DNA of 32,000 nt from a cyanobacterium endosymbiont of Braarudosphaera bigelowii (GCF_020885515.1 NZ_AP024987.1:180001-212000); one strand, 5' to 3'; positions 1 through 9,865 are shown, counted from the stretch's first letter. Notes: generated from the sequence alone by a model not told the origin. Numbers and translations: made by a program.

Positions 1-289
1 ATAAAAAATATTTAAGATAAATATCTTACAGAATTTTAAAATTTTTTGAATAGTTAGCACTATATAAATATAAAGAAGAATAGATTCTATTCTTTAGTCT
101 TTGCATGAATTCTAGATTTTATCCATACTTATATTTTTATATATTGAATATTTTGTATATTTCATTATGTATTGTTTTAATAGTATTTAGTAATAAATAA
201 ACTTCTATTATTGTCATATAAGTTTACAAGTTTTTATTATTTCTGTGAATTATGCATAACATTGCTATAGATATCAAATCAGAAAACTT

Positions 290-1192
290 ATGTTAGGATT
301 TATTGGTTTAAACAAACCTTCGGGATTAACATCTCATGATTGTATTAATAAATTAAGAAAGCTATTAGATATTAAAAAAATAGGTCATGGAGGTACTCTT
401 GACCCTACTGCTACAGGTGTATTGCCTATAGCAGTAGGTAAGGCAACACGTTTATTACCTTTTCTACCGAAAAACAAAGCTTACAACGCTACTATAATTT
501 TTGGCTTACAGACACAAACAGACGACTTAGAAGGAGAAATTATTAAGGTAAAATCTGGAATTAATCTTGTTCTACAGGATATTGAGCCTTTGTTAAAAAA
601 ATTTTTGGGAAATATTAAACAAATTCCACCTTTATATAGCGCTATCCAAAAGAATGGTAAGCGTTTATACTTTTCTGCAAGGAAAGGAGAAAAAGTAGAT
701 ATACCAGTAAGAACAGTTAGAATCGATATGATCAAAATACTAAATTGGAGTCCTGGTGAATTTCCAGCATTAACAATTAATATTCAATGTGGTTCAGGAA
801 CTTATATTAGGTCATTAGCTAGAGATTTAGGGCAGGCACTAGGTATTGGTGGAACTTTGGCTAAGCTCGTTAGAACAGAAAGTTGTGGCATTTTGTTACC
901 ACATACATTAACCTTGGAAAGAATCAATAAACAATTAAAATACGACAAATTTTCCTTAATTGAGCCAGAATCTTTATTAAAAGAACTTCCAATTTTGAAC
1001 CTATCTTCAGCAGATGGTATACGTTGGTGTCAAGGACAAAAAGTGTTTACTGATATCTTGAATGTAGAATTATTTCCTAAGTTTGTCCGAATTAACAATG
1101 AGAAGGAACATTTCCTAGGAATAGGTAGTTATATGTATGATGGTAAAAATAATTTTCTTAAACCTAAAGTTGTTGTCAGAGAAAATTTGTAA
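290..1192 (+). CDS. truB: tRNA pseudouridine(55) synthase TruB
   Basis: 300-aa ORF; TruB motifs GFIGLNKPSGLTSHD and GHGGTLDPTATGVLPIAVGKATRLL, plus CGSGTYIRSLARDLG. Confidence 0.95.
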   Translation: MLGFIGLNKPSGLTSHDCINKLRKLLDIKKIGHGGTLDPTATGVLPIAVGKATRLLPFLPKNKAYNATIIFGLQTQTDDLEGEIIKVKSGINLVLQDIEPLLKKFLGNIKQIPPLYSAIQKNGKRLYFSARKGEKVDIPVRTVRIDMIKILNWSPGEFPALTINIQCGSGTYIRSLARDLGQALGIGGTLAKLVRTESCGILLPHTLTLERINKQLKYDKFSLIEPESLLKELPILNLSSADGIRWCQGQKVFTDILNVELFPKFVRINNEKEHFLGIGSYMYDGKNNFLKPKVVVRENL

Positions 1193-1234
1193 CTTCATGT
1201 CTAAAATATAATTATGATTTTGATGAATAAACTA

Positions 1235-1930
1235 CTAAGAAAATAATATATTCCCACAATTTTTGTTAATAGGAATTGCTTGTTTTATTTTAGAAGGTTG
1301 AGATAGCTTAATTTTACTCATGAGATTGATAAATTCTTTACGCTCTACTCCTGTAAAGCGAGGATTATTTTTTCTTTCCTCTCCAATAGTTGATACAGTA
1401 AATCCTTGATAATCATGTCCTGGATACACTAGGATTTCGTCAGGTAAATTGAAGAGCTTCATAGTTACAGAATCATAAAGAATTCCTGCATCACCACTTT
1501 GAAAATCTGTCCTTCCACATCCCCTAATTAACAAAGCATCTCCAGTCAGGACTAAAGTTTGATTTATTAAATATGAACAATGGCTATCTGTATGTCCAGG
1601 AGTATACATAGCTTCAATTATTGTATTACCTAATAATAGAGTTTCTTTATCATCAATGAAACGATCTGCACATTTAATAACTTCATTTTTTGGTATGATT
1701 CCTAGACATCGAGTTAATTCCCTCAACTTTCCTGTACCTGTTATATGATCAGCATGAATATGAGTTTCTAAGCAGTATTTTAAAATTAAATTTAATTCTT
1801 TAATAAGTTTAATATCTCTTGCAACGTTCTCAAATACTGGATCAACTAAAATCGCTTCTCTTGTATGGGGATCGGCTACTAGATAGGTATACGTTGATGA
1901 TTCTTTATCAAATAACTGACGAAAAAGCAT
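1235..1930 (-). CDS. MBL-fold hydrolase, persulfide dioxygenase (ETHE1)/glyoxalase II-like
   Basis: 231-aa ORF with metal motif THIHADHITG and downstream TPGHTDSH, GDALLIRGCGRTDFQ, VYPGHDY. Confidence 0.85.
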   Translation of the reverse strand: MLFRQLFDKESSTYTYLVADPHTREAILVDPVFENVARDIKLIKELNLILKYCLETHIHADHITGTGKLRELTRCLGIIPKNEVIKCADRFIDDKETLLLGNTIIEAMYTPGHTDSHCSYLINQTLVLTGDALLIRGCGRTDFQSGDAGILYDSVTMKLFNLPDEILVYPGHDYQGFTVSTIGEERKNNPRFTGVERKEFINLMSKIKLSQPSKIKQAIPINKNCGNILFS

Positions 1931-2007
1931 AAAATAATGTAATAATTTTGTTATTTATCATACAGCAGTTAAAGGACTTTTTTTTAAACTTTCCAAGAAG
2001 CAAAACA

Positions 2008-2040
2008 TATTATTAGTAATAGAAACTATTACTAATAATA
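2008..2040. repeat. 15-bp perfect inverted repeat with AAA loop in divergent intergenic region
   Basis: TATTATTAGTAATAG-AAA-CTATTACTAATAATA read directly; lies between the divergent 5' ends of the MBL gene (-) and alr (+). Confidence 0.9.
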
Positions 2041-2385
2041 AACTAATTACAGTTATATTCTTATACTCTTATTTACAAAATGTGAGAGCTTAATATATTG
2101 AGCTGATAAGTAAAAGTATTTGGAATAAAATAAAAAAATACTAAAAAACAATATGTTTATTTTTTAGATTACAATTAAACGTTAATTAAAAACTATTAAA
2201 TAAATGACAAGAAATAATAAGTTATTTTATCTTATTCATAACAATCAAAGCATTAAAAAATAATTTATTAAATAGATGTATATAATCATATGTTTTTGAA
2301 AATTTATTATACTTATTAAATATATTCATATGCTAATGATTTATTTTGGTTAATAAATATACAAAAATGGAGAGTAGTCAATAAA

Positions 2386-3585
2386 GTGCCATATCAAGAA
2401 TTGACTCAAAAAATTGTAACTCTGGATCTTTATAGTTATTACTTTTCTAAAATTACTTGTCAAAGGGCATGGATGCAAATAGACCTTGATGCTTTAGTTT
2501 ATAATGTAACTCAAATCAAGAATTTATTATCTACTCAAACTTCATTGATGGCAGTTGTAAAAGCTGATGGTTATGGTCACGGAGGAGTTGCCATTGCTAA
2601 AACAGTACTCAAAGCAGGGGCGAATGCTTTGGCAGTAGCTACATTAATGGAGGGGATAGAATTACGTGAAGCAGGTATTGATTCGCCAATATTAGTATTA
2701 GGGGTAACGAATACACCCGAAGAAGTAGTTGCTAACATTCATTGGAATTTAGAAGCTACACTTTGCTGTCCAGAACAAGCTTTTATGATTTCCAGAACTT
2801 TATCCCAATACAAAAAAACATTATCTGTCCATCTTAAACTAGACACAGGAATGTCTCGTCTAGGTACTCCCTGGTATCAAGGAACTAGATTAATTAAACT
2901 AGTACAAAGACTACCATACTTAACATTAGCGGGTATTTATTCTCACCTTGCTGCATCTGATGACCCTAATACTGAAAGTATAGAATTACAGCATCAACGT
3001 TTTGAAACGGTAATTTCTAATTTAAAAGACTACAATAAACCTTGTTTACATTTCGCTAATTCTGCGGCTACGCTTAACTATCCTCAACTACATTATAGCT
3101 TGGTAAGAGTAGGATTAGCTCTATATGGTCTCTATCCATCTCCTCATTTACGTTCTCGAGTTTCTCTGAGGCCTATATTACAAGTTAAAGCAAAGATTAC
3201 TCAAATTAAAACTATTTCTCAAGGAACAAAGGTTAGTTACGGTCACCAATTTACTAGTAAACACTCAATGATAATAGCAATAGTCAGTATTGGCTATGCT
3301 GATGGTGTCCCTCGAAATTTATCTAATCGACTTCAAGTATTAATCCATGGCCAGAGAGCATATCAAATTGGAGCTATTACTATGGATCAGTTAATATTAG
3401 ATATAAGTCACCTAAAAAATATAAAAGTTGGAGATATAGTAACATTAATTGGGAAAGACGGAGAACAAGAAATTACAGCTGATGACTGGGCCTCGGAATT
3501 GGGAACTATTTCTTGGGAAATTCTTTGTGGCTTTAAACGTCGATTACCTAGAGTTAATATTCAAAATATTTTTAACAAAGATTAA
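2386..3585 (+). CDS. alr: alanine racemase
   Basis: 399-aa ORF; PLP lysine motif AVVKADGYGHG, LKLDTGMSRLG, VRVGLALYG, VSYGHQF. Confidence 0.95.
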   Translation: MPYQELTQKIVTLDLYSYYFSKITCQRAWMQIDLDALVYNVTQIKNLLSTQTSLMAVVKADGYGHGGVAIAKTVLKAGANALAVATLMEGIELREAGIDSPILVLGVTNTPEEVVANIHWNLEATLCCPEQAFMISRTLSQYKKTLSVHLKLDTGMSRLGTPWYQGTRLIKLVQRLPYLTLAGIYSHLAASDDPNTESIELQHQRFETVISNLKDYNKPCLHFANSAATLNYPQLHYSLVRVGLALYGLYPSPHLRSRVSLRPILQVKAKITQIKTISQGTKVSYGHQFTSKHSMIIAIVSIGYADGVPRNLSNRLQVLIHGQRAYQIGAITMDQLILDISHLKNIKVGDIVTLIGKDGEQEITADDWASELGTISWEILCGFKRRLPRVNIQNIFNKD

Positions 3586-3727
3586 TAATTACGGAATTTA
3601 CAATTTTTTGTATAAATTTTAAAATTAGTTTTGCTACTCACTTTTTTATAATGAACATTCTTTTAAGAAGTTAAAAAGACATTAATAGAATCCACAATTA
3701 ATAATTATTCTAAATAAGTCCTAATCA

Positions 3728-4237
3728 ATGTCAATATTACGCTCTATTGTAATAAATCAAAAAGAAATTCACAACACTTGTGAACTATATATTGTGAAAC
3801 CTACAAGATTTATTTTGTATAACTATTCTAAGCTGTTGCCAAGTTGGAATGGATCACCCCATTCTCTGATTATCTTTTTATTATACTCTACAGTACCTTT
3901 GGATAATAATTGTGTGCAAGTTCAAAAGGAAAAGAAAAGATTAAGGCAAAAGTTTTTAAGATTAGGAAATATTATTCAACCAATTTTACAAAAAAAACAG
4001 TATTTAACTGAAATTATAGATCCTCGAGATGGAAAACTAGTTAGTTCAATTTCTGGATATATTTTTTTTGATAGTGTAACAATTATTCATAAGTCATTAA
4101 AGATGAATTATGTTTCTGCTAAACAATGTAAGTTACTATATCATCCATTTCAAAAGACAAATATTTATCCTGGTTTAATGATATCAAATGCTAGAGTTAA
4201 TAGAGTTAATAATTTGATAGCAGCAAATATTTTTTAG
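3728..4237 (+). CDS. cyanobacterial protein resembling methylmalonic aciduria and homocystinuria type D (MMADHC-like) family
   Basis: 169-aa ORF; overall pattern (CELYI...LLPSW...SLIIFLL...EIIDPRDGKLVSS...) resembles the cyanobacterial MMADHC-like family from memory; no search run. Confidence 0.55.
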   Translation: MSILRSIVINQKEIHNTCELYIVKPTRFILYNYSKLLPSWNGSPHSLIIFLLYSTVPLDNNCVQVQKEKKRLRQKFLRLGNIIQPILQKKQYLTEIIDPRDGKLVSSISGYIFFDSVTIIHKSLKMNYVSAKQCKLLYHPFQKTNIYPGLMISNARVNRVNNLIAANIF

Positions 4238-4408
4238 AGTTGAAGCTAATAAGTTATTTATATTTAACTACTACTAACAATAATGATCAACGTATTTTAT
4301 TGTTAGATTACTATTGCTTGGTATAGATATAGTATACTTATGTATCCAGAATATTAATAAATAAGGAGTTTGCTTTATCTCTAGAGGTTGTGAAAATAAA
4401 ATAGAAAA

Positions 4409-4458
4409 TCACACTACCTGAAAACAATTAAAACATTAATGACTTCAAAGTAGTGTGA
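4409..4458 (-). terminator. candidate transcription terminator of rpsF (9-bp stem, 32-nt loop)
   Basis: TCACACTAC (4409-4417) and GTAGTGTGA (4450-4458) are exact reverse complements; on the - strand the stem is followed by TTTTCTATTTT, 12 nt past the rpsF stop. Confidence 0.5.
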
Positions 4459-4469
4459 AAAACAAATAA

Positions 4470-4910
4470 TTATCCTTCAGAGTCTATTAATTCTACTATT
4501 TTTGTTTCAGTAGCTTCAGATTCAGAAGCTTTGGATTTGATATCTTCTGCCTCTTCTTGTTTTTCTGTAATCTCAGAATTAGACTCATTACTATCAAGTT
4601 CAGAAGTTTGTTTGGTTAAATCTTCTTCTACCTTAATTGTAAGATAGCGTAATACATCTTCCTCTAAACGCATTATCCTTTCTAAAGGTTCAATCTGCGT
4701 ACCATCAGCTTTATAGTTAAACTGAACATATATACCATCAAGTTTTTTCTGAATAGGATAAGCAAGACGACGCTTTCCCCAAACTTTCACCTCGATATCA
4801 ACAGCACCGTTTTTAATTAGAAAGTCTTGGTATTTAGTTACTGCCTGATTTGCCTGCTCTTCAGATAAATCAGGTCGTAAGATATAAATCATTTCATAGT
4901 TTTGACTCAT
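4470..4910 (-). CDS. rpsF: 30S ribosomal protein S6 with acidic C-terminal extension
   Basis: 146-aa ORF; [48 protein letters not shown] are S6 hallmarks. Confidence 0.95.
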   Translation of the reverse strand: MSQNYEMIYILRPDLSEEQANQAVTKYQDFLIKNGAVDIEVKVWGKRRLAYPIQKKLDGIYVQFNYKADGTQIEPLERIMRLEEDVLRYLTIKVEEDLTKQTSELDSNESNSEITEKQEEAEDIKSKASESEATETKIVELIDSEG

Positions 4911-4968
4911 TACTTTAAACTCCTTTTGGACATATTGGCTTCTAGTTTAGTCATAATTTTCTGATTAA

Positions 4969-5193
4969 GAAGCAAGGATTGTTGAAGACAAATACAAAGC
5001 AGTAAAGCCTTGCTTTTGATATAAATTCTTCAATACTACACTGCCACTGGATGTAATTATTATACTTGCACAAGATGAATCAGATATAGTTAATTTAACT
5101 GATTATGAACGTTTATGCCAAGATTTTAAAAGTAAATCAGCTCAAATTAAGGTTTTTTTAGTTGAACAGTATGACTTTTACACTAATTTTTAG
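4969..5193 (+). pseudogene. candidate decayed ORF with one in-frame TGA
   Basis: Frame GAA GCA AGG... is open for 16 codons, has TGA at 5017-5019, then 57 open codons (YKFFNTTLPLDVIIILAQDESDIVNLTDYERLCQDFKSKSAQIKVFLVEQYDFYTNF) to TAG; protein-like composition in a gap that has no other explanation. Confidence 0.45.
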
Positions 5194-5436
5194 AAAGGTA
5201 TAATGATCCCTTAAAATCAAAGTTTACAAAAAAATTTTAATTTATTATAAGACTTACTATAAGTACTAAATTTTTTCGATATATATAAAAAATTATTAAG
5301 TATTTATTCCCTAGTTATAGTATTTATCTTTTTAGCAGTTCTTCAATTAGAGCTTCAACAAAAACCGACAGTATAACTAGGAAAATAATAAAGAAAGAGC
5401 CTCATATAATTTTTTAAGTTAATCATTTAGACCCAA

Positions 5437-5982
5437 TCACCGAATACGCGAATACGCAGCTTCAGAAATAGTAGGAATTTCTGCATATCGACCTAATACA
5501 CTTTGAACCATAGAATAATAGGAAGCAACAAGACCACCTAAAAAGATAAGACTATAAAAAGTTTCTATAAATAACCCACTATGTCCCAAGGTAGGGATTA
5601 GAACATATTGCATTACAATTCTTGCTAACGCTAATGAAATTGATATCAGAATAGATTGCATTGTATTGTAACGAATAAAATGACTAATTTTTTCATTTCT
5701 TACAACTGCTGCGAAAAGTATAATAAATACTGCAAAGCTAGCAAAACTTCCGAGAGGCCCTAGTAATGATGCAAGAAGTCCATAGCTTAATTCTACTGGT
5801 AAAGCAGGAAAACAGAAAAAACCAAAAGCAGGAAACTGTTGTAATAAGAAGCTTCCAAAAAATAAAGTGTCATAAATGGCAAAGCAATAGACTATTATTC
5901 CAAAAATACGGTCCGGTATACTTACTGATCCACGCCATGTCATTGTTAATACTCCTTTATTCTTAAAAAGATTGAATACCAT
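5437..5982 (-). CDS. Tic20 family membrane protein
   Basis: 181-aa hydrophobic ORF; RIFGIIVYCFAIYDTLFFGSFLLQQFP and VVRNEKISHFIRYNTMQSILI typical of cyanobacterial Tic20/Ycf60-like proteins. The true start may be internal at MTWRGS. Confidence 0.85.
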   Translation of the reverse strand: MVFNLFKNKGVLTMTWRGSVSIPDRIFGIIVYCFAIYDTLFFGSFLLQQFPAFGFFCFPALPVELSYGLLASLLGPLGSFASFAVFIILFAAVVRNEKISHFIRYNTMQSILISISLALARIVMQYVLIPTLGHSGLFIETFYSLIFLGGLVASYYSMVQSVLGRYAEIPTISEAAYSRIR

Positions 5983-6086
5983 TAATGTACAACATTTATT
6001 GGAAATAATATTATCCAGTTTTAATTCATATAGATTTACCTACAAAAAATTTTAAAACAGTAACTTTTACTATGAGTTTTATAAAT

Positions 6087-6626
6087 TTACTTTAAATCTA
6101 ATAAGCCTTTTTCTTTTAATTTAGGATTAAATCTAATTTCAACATTACTACCACGGTTCAAAAGACATTTTTCAATATTATTTTGAACTTGTCTAGCAAT
6201 TTTCTTTAAAAGTTTTACTTGAGATATTTCGTCACTGTTAGCATAGATTGTTCGATCTTCTTCTGTCATTTGTATTTTTGCATCAATAGGCTGAGTCCAG
6301 AATGCTTCGTATTCTCTATTTTTAAGGATGCAGTTTTCATATTGACTAATCCAATCCATTTTAATTTCTTCTAGAATACTGCGATTGGGATGGTCTATTA
6401 TTTCGAATTTTAGCCAATAACAATTATCTGGTTGACGAACTAAGTGTTGTTTTAAGCTTAAATAAATATCACGAGAATAGCCTATAAATTGGATATGTTT
6501 ATCTTTATTAAAGATTGCATAAACTCCTATTTTTTTACATAATGTCTCATCTATTAGTCCATCATTGTTGAGATATGAAGAATAATTTAATGATTGTAAA
6601 CTTGGTATCTTATTTTTGGTGGCCAT
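6087..6626 (-). CDS. GIY-YIG domain-containing protein
   Basis: 179-aa ORF; IGVYAIFNKDKHIQFIGYSRDIYLSLKQHL resembles a GIY-YIG core. Confidence 0.75.
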   Translation of the reverse strand: MATKNKIPSLQSLNYSSYLNNDGLIDETLCKKIGVYAIFNKDKHIQFIGYSRDIYLSLKQHLVRQPDNCYWLKFEIIDHPNRSILEEIKMDWISQYENCILKNREYEAFWTQPIDAKIQMTEEDRTIYANSDEISQVKLLKKIARQVQNNIEKCLLNRGSNVEIRFNPKLKEKGLLDLK

Positions 6627-7064
6627 AATTTTGAGGAATTAATTAAGTATTAATAATGAGTATCTTGACTGATATATTATACTCAGGTAAGAATTTAAAA
6701 TTCTACGGAAACTATAGTAAATTATATCAATACAATCTCAAAAACTTGATTTATTTTGAAACAAATATCTAATTTTAAGAGCTATGTTCATATGATAACA
6801 ATGACCTTTTTATTAAATATTCAGTAAACTTTTTAATCATTTTAAGTTATTTGGAGAATATTTTATTCCCGAACTAGAGTCTTTAGAACTTAGTAATTAA
6901 TTGATATTTTTATCAAAATTAATGATAATGGAAGACTACATAGTTCTATGTAGGAAATTTACTAGATTAATAATCAAATGAAAGGTCAAATATTTTTCTA
7001 ATCTTTGATGAGTAGATAATTACTTAAATTGACCTCTGCTATAATAATACATACTTGTTAGCCT

Positions 7065-7149
7065 GGAGAGGTGGCAGAGTGGTTGAATGCGGTAGTCTCG
7101 AAAACTATTTTGTTGAAAGGCAACGAGGGTTCGAATCCCTCTCTCTCCG
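7065..7149 (+). tRNA. tRNA-Ser (anticodon CGA)
   Basis: Hand-folded cloverleaf: acceptor GGAGAGG/TCTCTCC, anticodon stem GTAGT/ACTAT with loop CTCGAAA (CGA at 7099-7101), long variable arm GTTG/CAAC, T arm GAGGG-TTCGAAT-CCCTC. Confidence 0.95.
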
Positions 7150-7193
7150 TTATAAATCTTAAGTATTTAAAATACTATTTTTCTATAATTTTA

Positions 7194-7778
7194 TTATTTT
7201 AAATAGATTGGCTGTTCATATAAAGAGCCTAATCTGTCAAAAGGCCAAAAACGAACAAAAGCTTTACCAACAATCTTATTTTTAGGGACAAAGCCCCAGT
7301 AGTGGGAATCATAGCTATTATTTCTATTATCTCCAAGGACAAGATATTCGTTTTCCGGTATTCTACTAGGTCCATAATTATAATTAGGAGCTTCAAAAAT
7401 ATACTCTTCAGATATTTTCTCGCCATCTACATATACCTTTCCTGCTTTTACTTCAACCGTTTCTCCAGGAAGTCCTATAATTCGTTTAATAAATGCATCT
7501 TTGAAATTTTCTGCTTCAAGTGATTCCGTTGGATTAAAAACTATTACATCTCCTCGAATTGGCTCTCTGAAGCGATAGCTTATTTTTTCGACAATCAAAC
7601 GATCATTAACTTCTAAAGTCGGTCTCATAGAAGAAGAAGGAATATAACGAGCTTCAGCAAGAAATGTTCGGATACCGAAAGAAAGAATAACTGCAGTGAT
7701 AACAGTTTGAATCAATTCTATCCAAGGATTATTCTTAGAAGTCTGAGAACTTTTATTTTTTTTTGAACTTTGAGTCAT
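7194..7778 (-). CDS. lepB: signal peptidase I
   Basis: 194-aa ORF; YIPSSSMRPTLEVNDRLIVEK, RGDVIVFNP, FIKRIIGLPGETVEVKAGKVYVDG, VLGDNRNNSYDSHYWGFVP. Confidence 0.95.
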   Translation of the reverse strand: MTQSSKKNKSSQTSKNNPWIELIQTVITAVILSFGIRTFLAEARYIPSSSMRPTLEVNDRLIVEKISYRFREPIRGDVIVFNPTESLEAENFKDAFIKRIIGLPGETVEVKAGKVYVDGEKISEEYIFEAPNYNYGPSRIPENEYLVLGDNRNNSYDSHYWGFVPKNKIVGKAFVRFWPFDRLGSLYEQPIYLK

Positions 7779-8265
7779 ATAAATAAAAATATGTTATTTA
7801 ATTAAAAATTAATATTCTGAAATCTTATTTAATAGAAAAATATAATCTTTTGACTGAATAAAGAGATACTATAAAACAACTTATTAGTTATATTTCTCAA
7901 TTTTCTTCTTTAACAACAAATCTTTAATCAATAATGTATTAATTAAGAACAGAGATATATGACGCTAATGATTTAACTTTGTTGCCTAAAATTATTAATT
8001 TTAATTCATTTTTATAAATTTGAATCTCAGCAAACAATTTACTTTTAGCAATTTGTTTATAATCATTCTAATTAAAATTAGAAATAATATATGTATTTTC
8101 CTATACTCATTAAATATTGTATAAAATTAAGTTTTATATGAAAACATTAGTTTGAGATAACACATAAATAGTAAGTTTTAATATCAATTTTTTTAAATGA
8201 CAGACTATCATACAATGAATATTATATGAAAAATAGTTGTTAGTTCAAATTATTTAACAATCTTA

Positions 8266-8315
8266 AAATTACAAGAAAAATTTTACTTGGAAAAATAAAA
8301 TTTTTCTTGTAATTT
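8266..8315 (-). terminator. candidate terminator downstream of the TPR gene; 20-bp perfect hairpin
   Basis: AAATTACAAGAAAAATTTTA (8266-8285), loop CTTGGAAAAA, TAAAATTTTTCTTGTAATTT (8296-8315), exact reverse complements. Confidence 0.6.
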
Positions 8316-8358
8316 ATTATTAGAAATATATATAGTAATATTATTTAAATCAACTTTT

Positions 8359-9591
8359 TTAAAATTCTTTACTTATTGCTTTATTAACTTTTTTAATTTG
8401 CATTAAAAAGTATTCTTGATCATGGTTTAGAGAACGGGCTAAGATCAAGCCTTCCGTAAAAGCAGATAAAGCTAATTCATATTGAAATTTTTCCATATAG
8501 ATTTCTCCTACTATGCCATATGTTTTCATTAATCCATAGTAGTTATACGATATTTTTTCAACCTGAAGTAACTTTTGATAAATTTGTAAAGCGTAGTCAA
8601 CCTGCTTATAACTCTCATAGAGAAACGATAGTTTTATTAATGCTTCTTCTGCAACTCTAAACAGTTTTAATTTCCAGGCTAAGGTATAAGCTTCTTGATA
8701 ATTTTCACTTGCTATTTCTGGCTGATCCAAAAGCTGATAATCTTGGCCAATATCAACTTTAAGTGAAGGTATGAAGTGTATTTTTTGAGTCAAAAAATAG
8801 CTTTTTACTAGTTTTTCCTTAATTTGTACAGAATTATTAGTTTGTGAAGATGCATTATAAATACTAGATAATATTTGTAGATAAAATTCTTCTAAGTGAA
8901 TATTTTTTTTAATTTGTGCCCTATATAGTAATTTCTCATAAATTCTTGCTGCATTAGGAAAATCAAATTTAGCCAAATATAATTTGCCTAAACCTTGTAA
9001 TGATTTTTCTGCAACTAATGTAATTTGTTTTTTTTGAGCATATTTTAAAATCTTTTTATAGATTATAATAGAATTATCTAAGTTATTAAGTTGAAAGTAT
9101 GCATTCGCCAGAACCATTAAAAGATTTAAACTTATAGAACTCTCTTTTTCAGAGATCTCGTGTAAAGTTGAGATCCGTTTACTAATGATTTGTACGTCTT
9201 CTTTTCTAGCTAATTCCCATGCGACTTTTCCTATTTCTCCCAACCTATTAATTTCTTCAATTCTTCCTAATACTCTTCCTAGCCTTAATTCTCTATACCA
9301 GACTGAAAAAGCAAGATCAACATTACCCATATTTAGCTCTTTTTGCGCTTTTTGATTTAATTTATTAAGATTTTTTCTTAATCGAGTCTGCTCTAAAATT
9401 GTTAATGGACGAACAATATGAGGAATCAAGGGATCTGTTAAAGGTATTTCTAGAGGATCTAATGCAGGTTCTGGCAAAGATAATGCTAGGTCATATAAAA
9501 AAATACAATTATTGAAACTAACAATAAAAACTATACTTCCCAAAGTACAAATTTTATTTATAGAAAAAAAATGAATCATAATAGTTGGCAA
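8359..9591 (-). CDS. tetratricopeptide-repeat protein, likely secreted or membrane-anchored by N-terminal hydrophobic segment
   Basis: 410-aa ORF; repeated helical TPR-like units (ANAYFQLNNLDNSIIIYKKILKYA, GKLYLAKFDFPNAARIYEKLL, GEIYMEKFQYELALSAFTEGLILA). Confidence 0.75.
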   Translation of the reverse strand: MPTIMIHFFSINKICTLGSIVFIVSFNNCIFLYDLALSLPEPALDPLEIPLTDPLIPHIVRPLTILEQTRLRKNLNKLNQKAQKELNMGNVDLAFSVWYRELRLGRVLGRIEEINRLGEIGKVAWELARKEDVQIISKRISTLHEISEKESSISLNLLMVLANAYFQLNNLDNSIIIYKKILKYAQKKQITLVAEKSLQGLGKLYLAKFDFPNAARIYEKLLYRAQIKKNIHLEEFYLQILSSIYNASSQTNNSVQIKEKLVKSYFLTQKIHFIPSLKVDIGQDYQLLDQPEIASENYQEAYTLAWKLKLFRVAEEALIKLSFLYESYKQVDYALQIYQKLLQVEKISYNYYGLMKTYGIVGEIYMEKFQYELALSAFTEGLILARSLNHDQEYFLMQIKKVNKAISKEF

Positions 9592-9865
9592 AAATATTTT
9601 AATTTGGAATAATTTTAAAAATGTAATTATATTTACAAATACTAGTCTGTGATTACTTTTTTTATTTAAAAATAATTATCAATTTATATGTTTTAAAACT
9701 ATTATATGTATTTTTTTCTAAAAAATAATTTCGTATCTTCTTTTGCCAGAATCATAAATTATGATATTTATTAAATAAGTATTATCTTATGGAAAAAAGT
9801 TCAATAATTATTAACTTAAAGTGATCTATTAATAAATATTTTTTAATAATTGTCGTAGTTTTGAC

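Noticed and set aside
481-735. 84-aa minus-strand ORF inside truB
   Set aside because: Shadow ORF opposite a well-supported gene.
5331-5410. Short hydrophobic minus-strand reading GSFFIIFLVILSVFVEALIEELLKR downstream of the Tic20 gene
   Set aside because: Only 25 codons, no start codon and preceded by a stop; could be a small membrane peptide relic but not supportable.
5766-5966. Plus-strand 66-aa ORF inside the Tic20 gene
   Set aside because: Antisense shadow ORF with no domain signal.
7229-7523. ORFs 7229..7426 and 7302..7523 inside lepB
   Set aside because: Alternate-frame/antisense readings opposite signal peptidase motifs.
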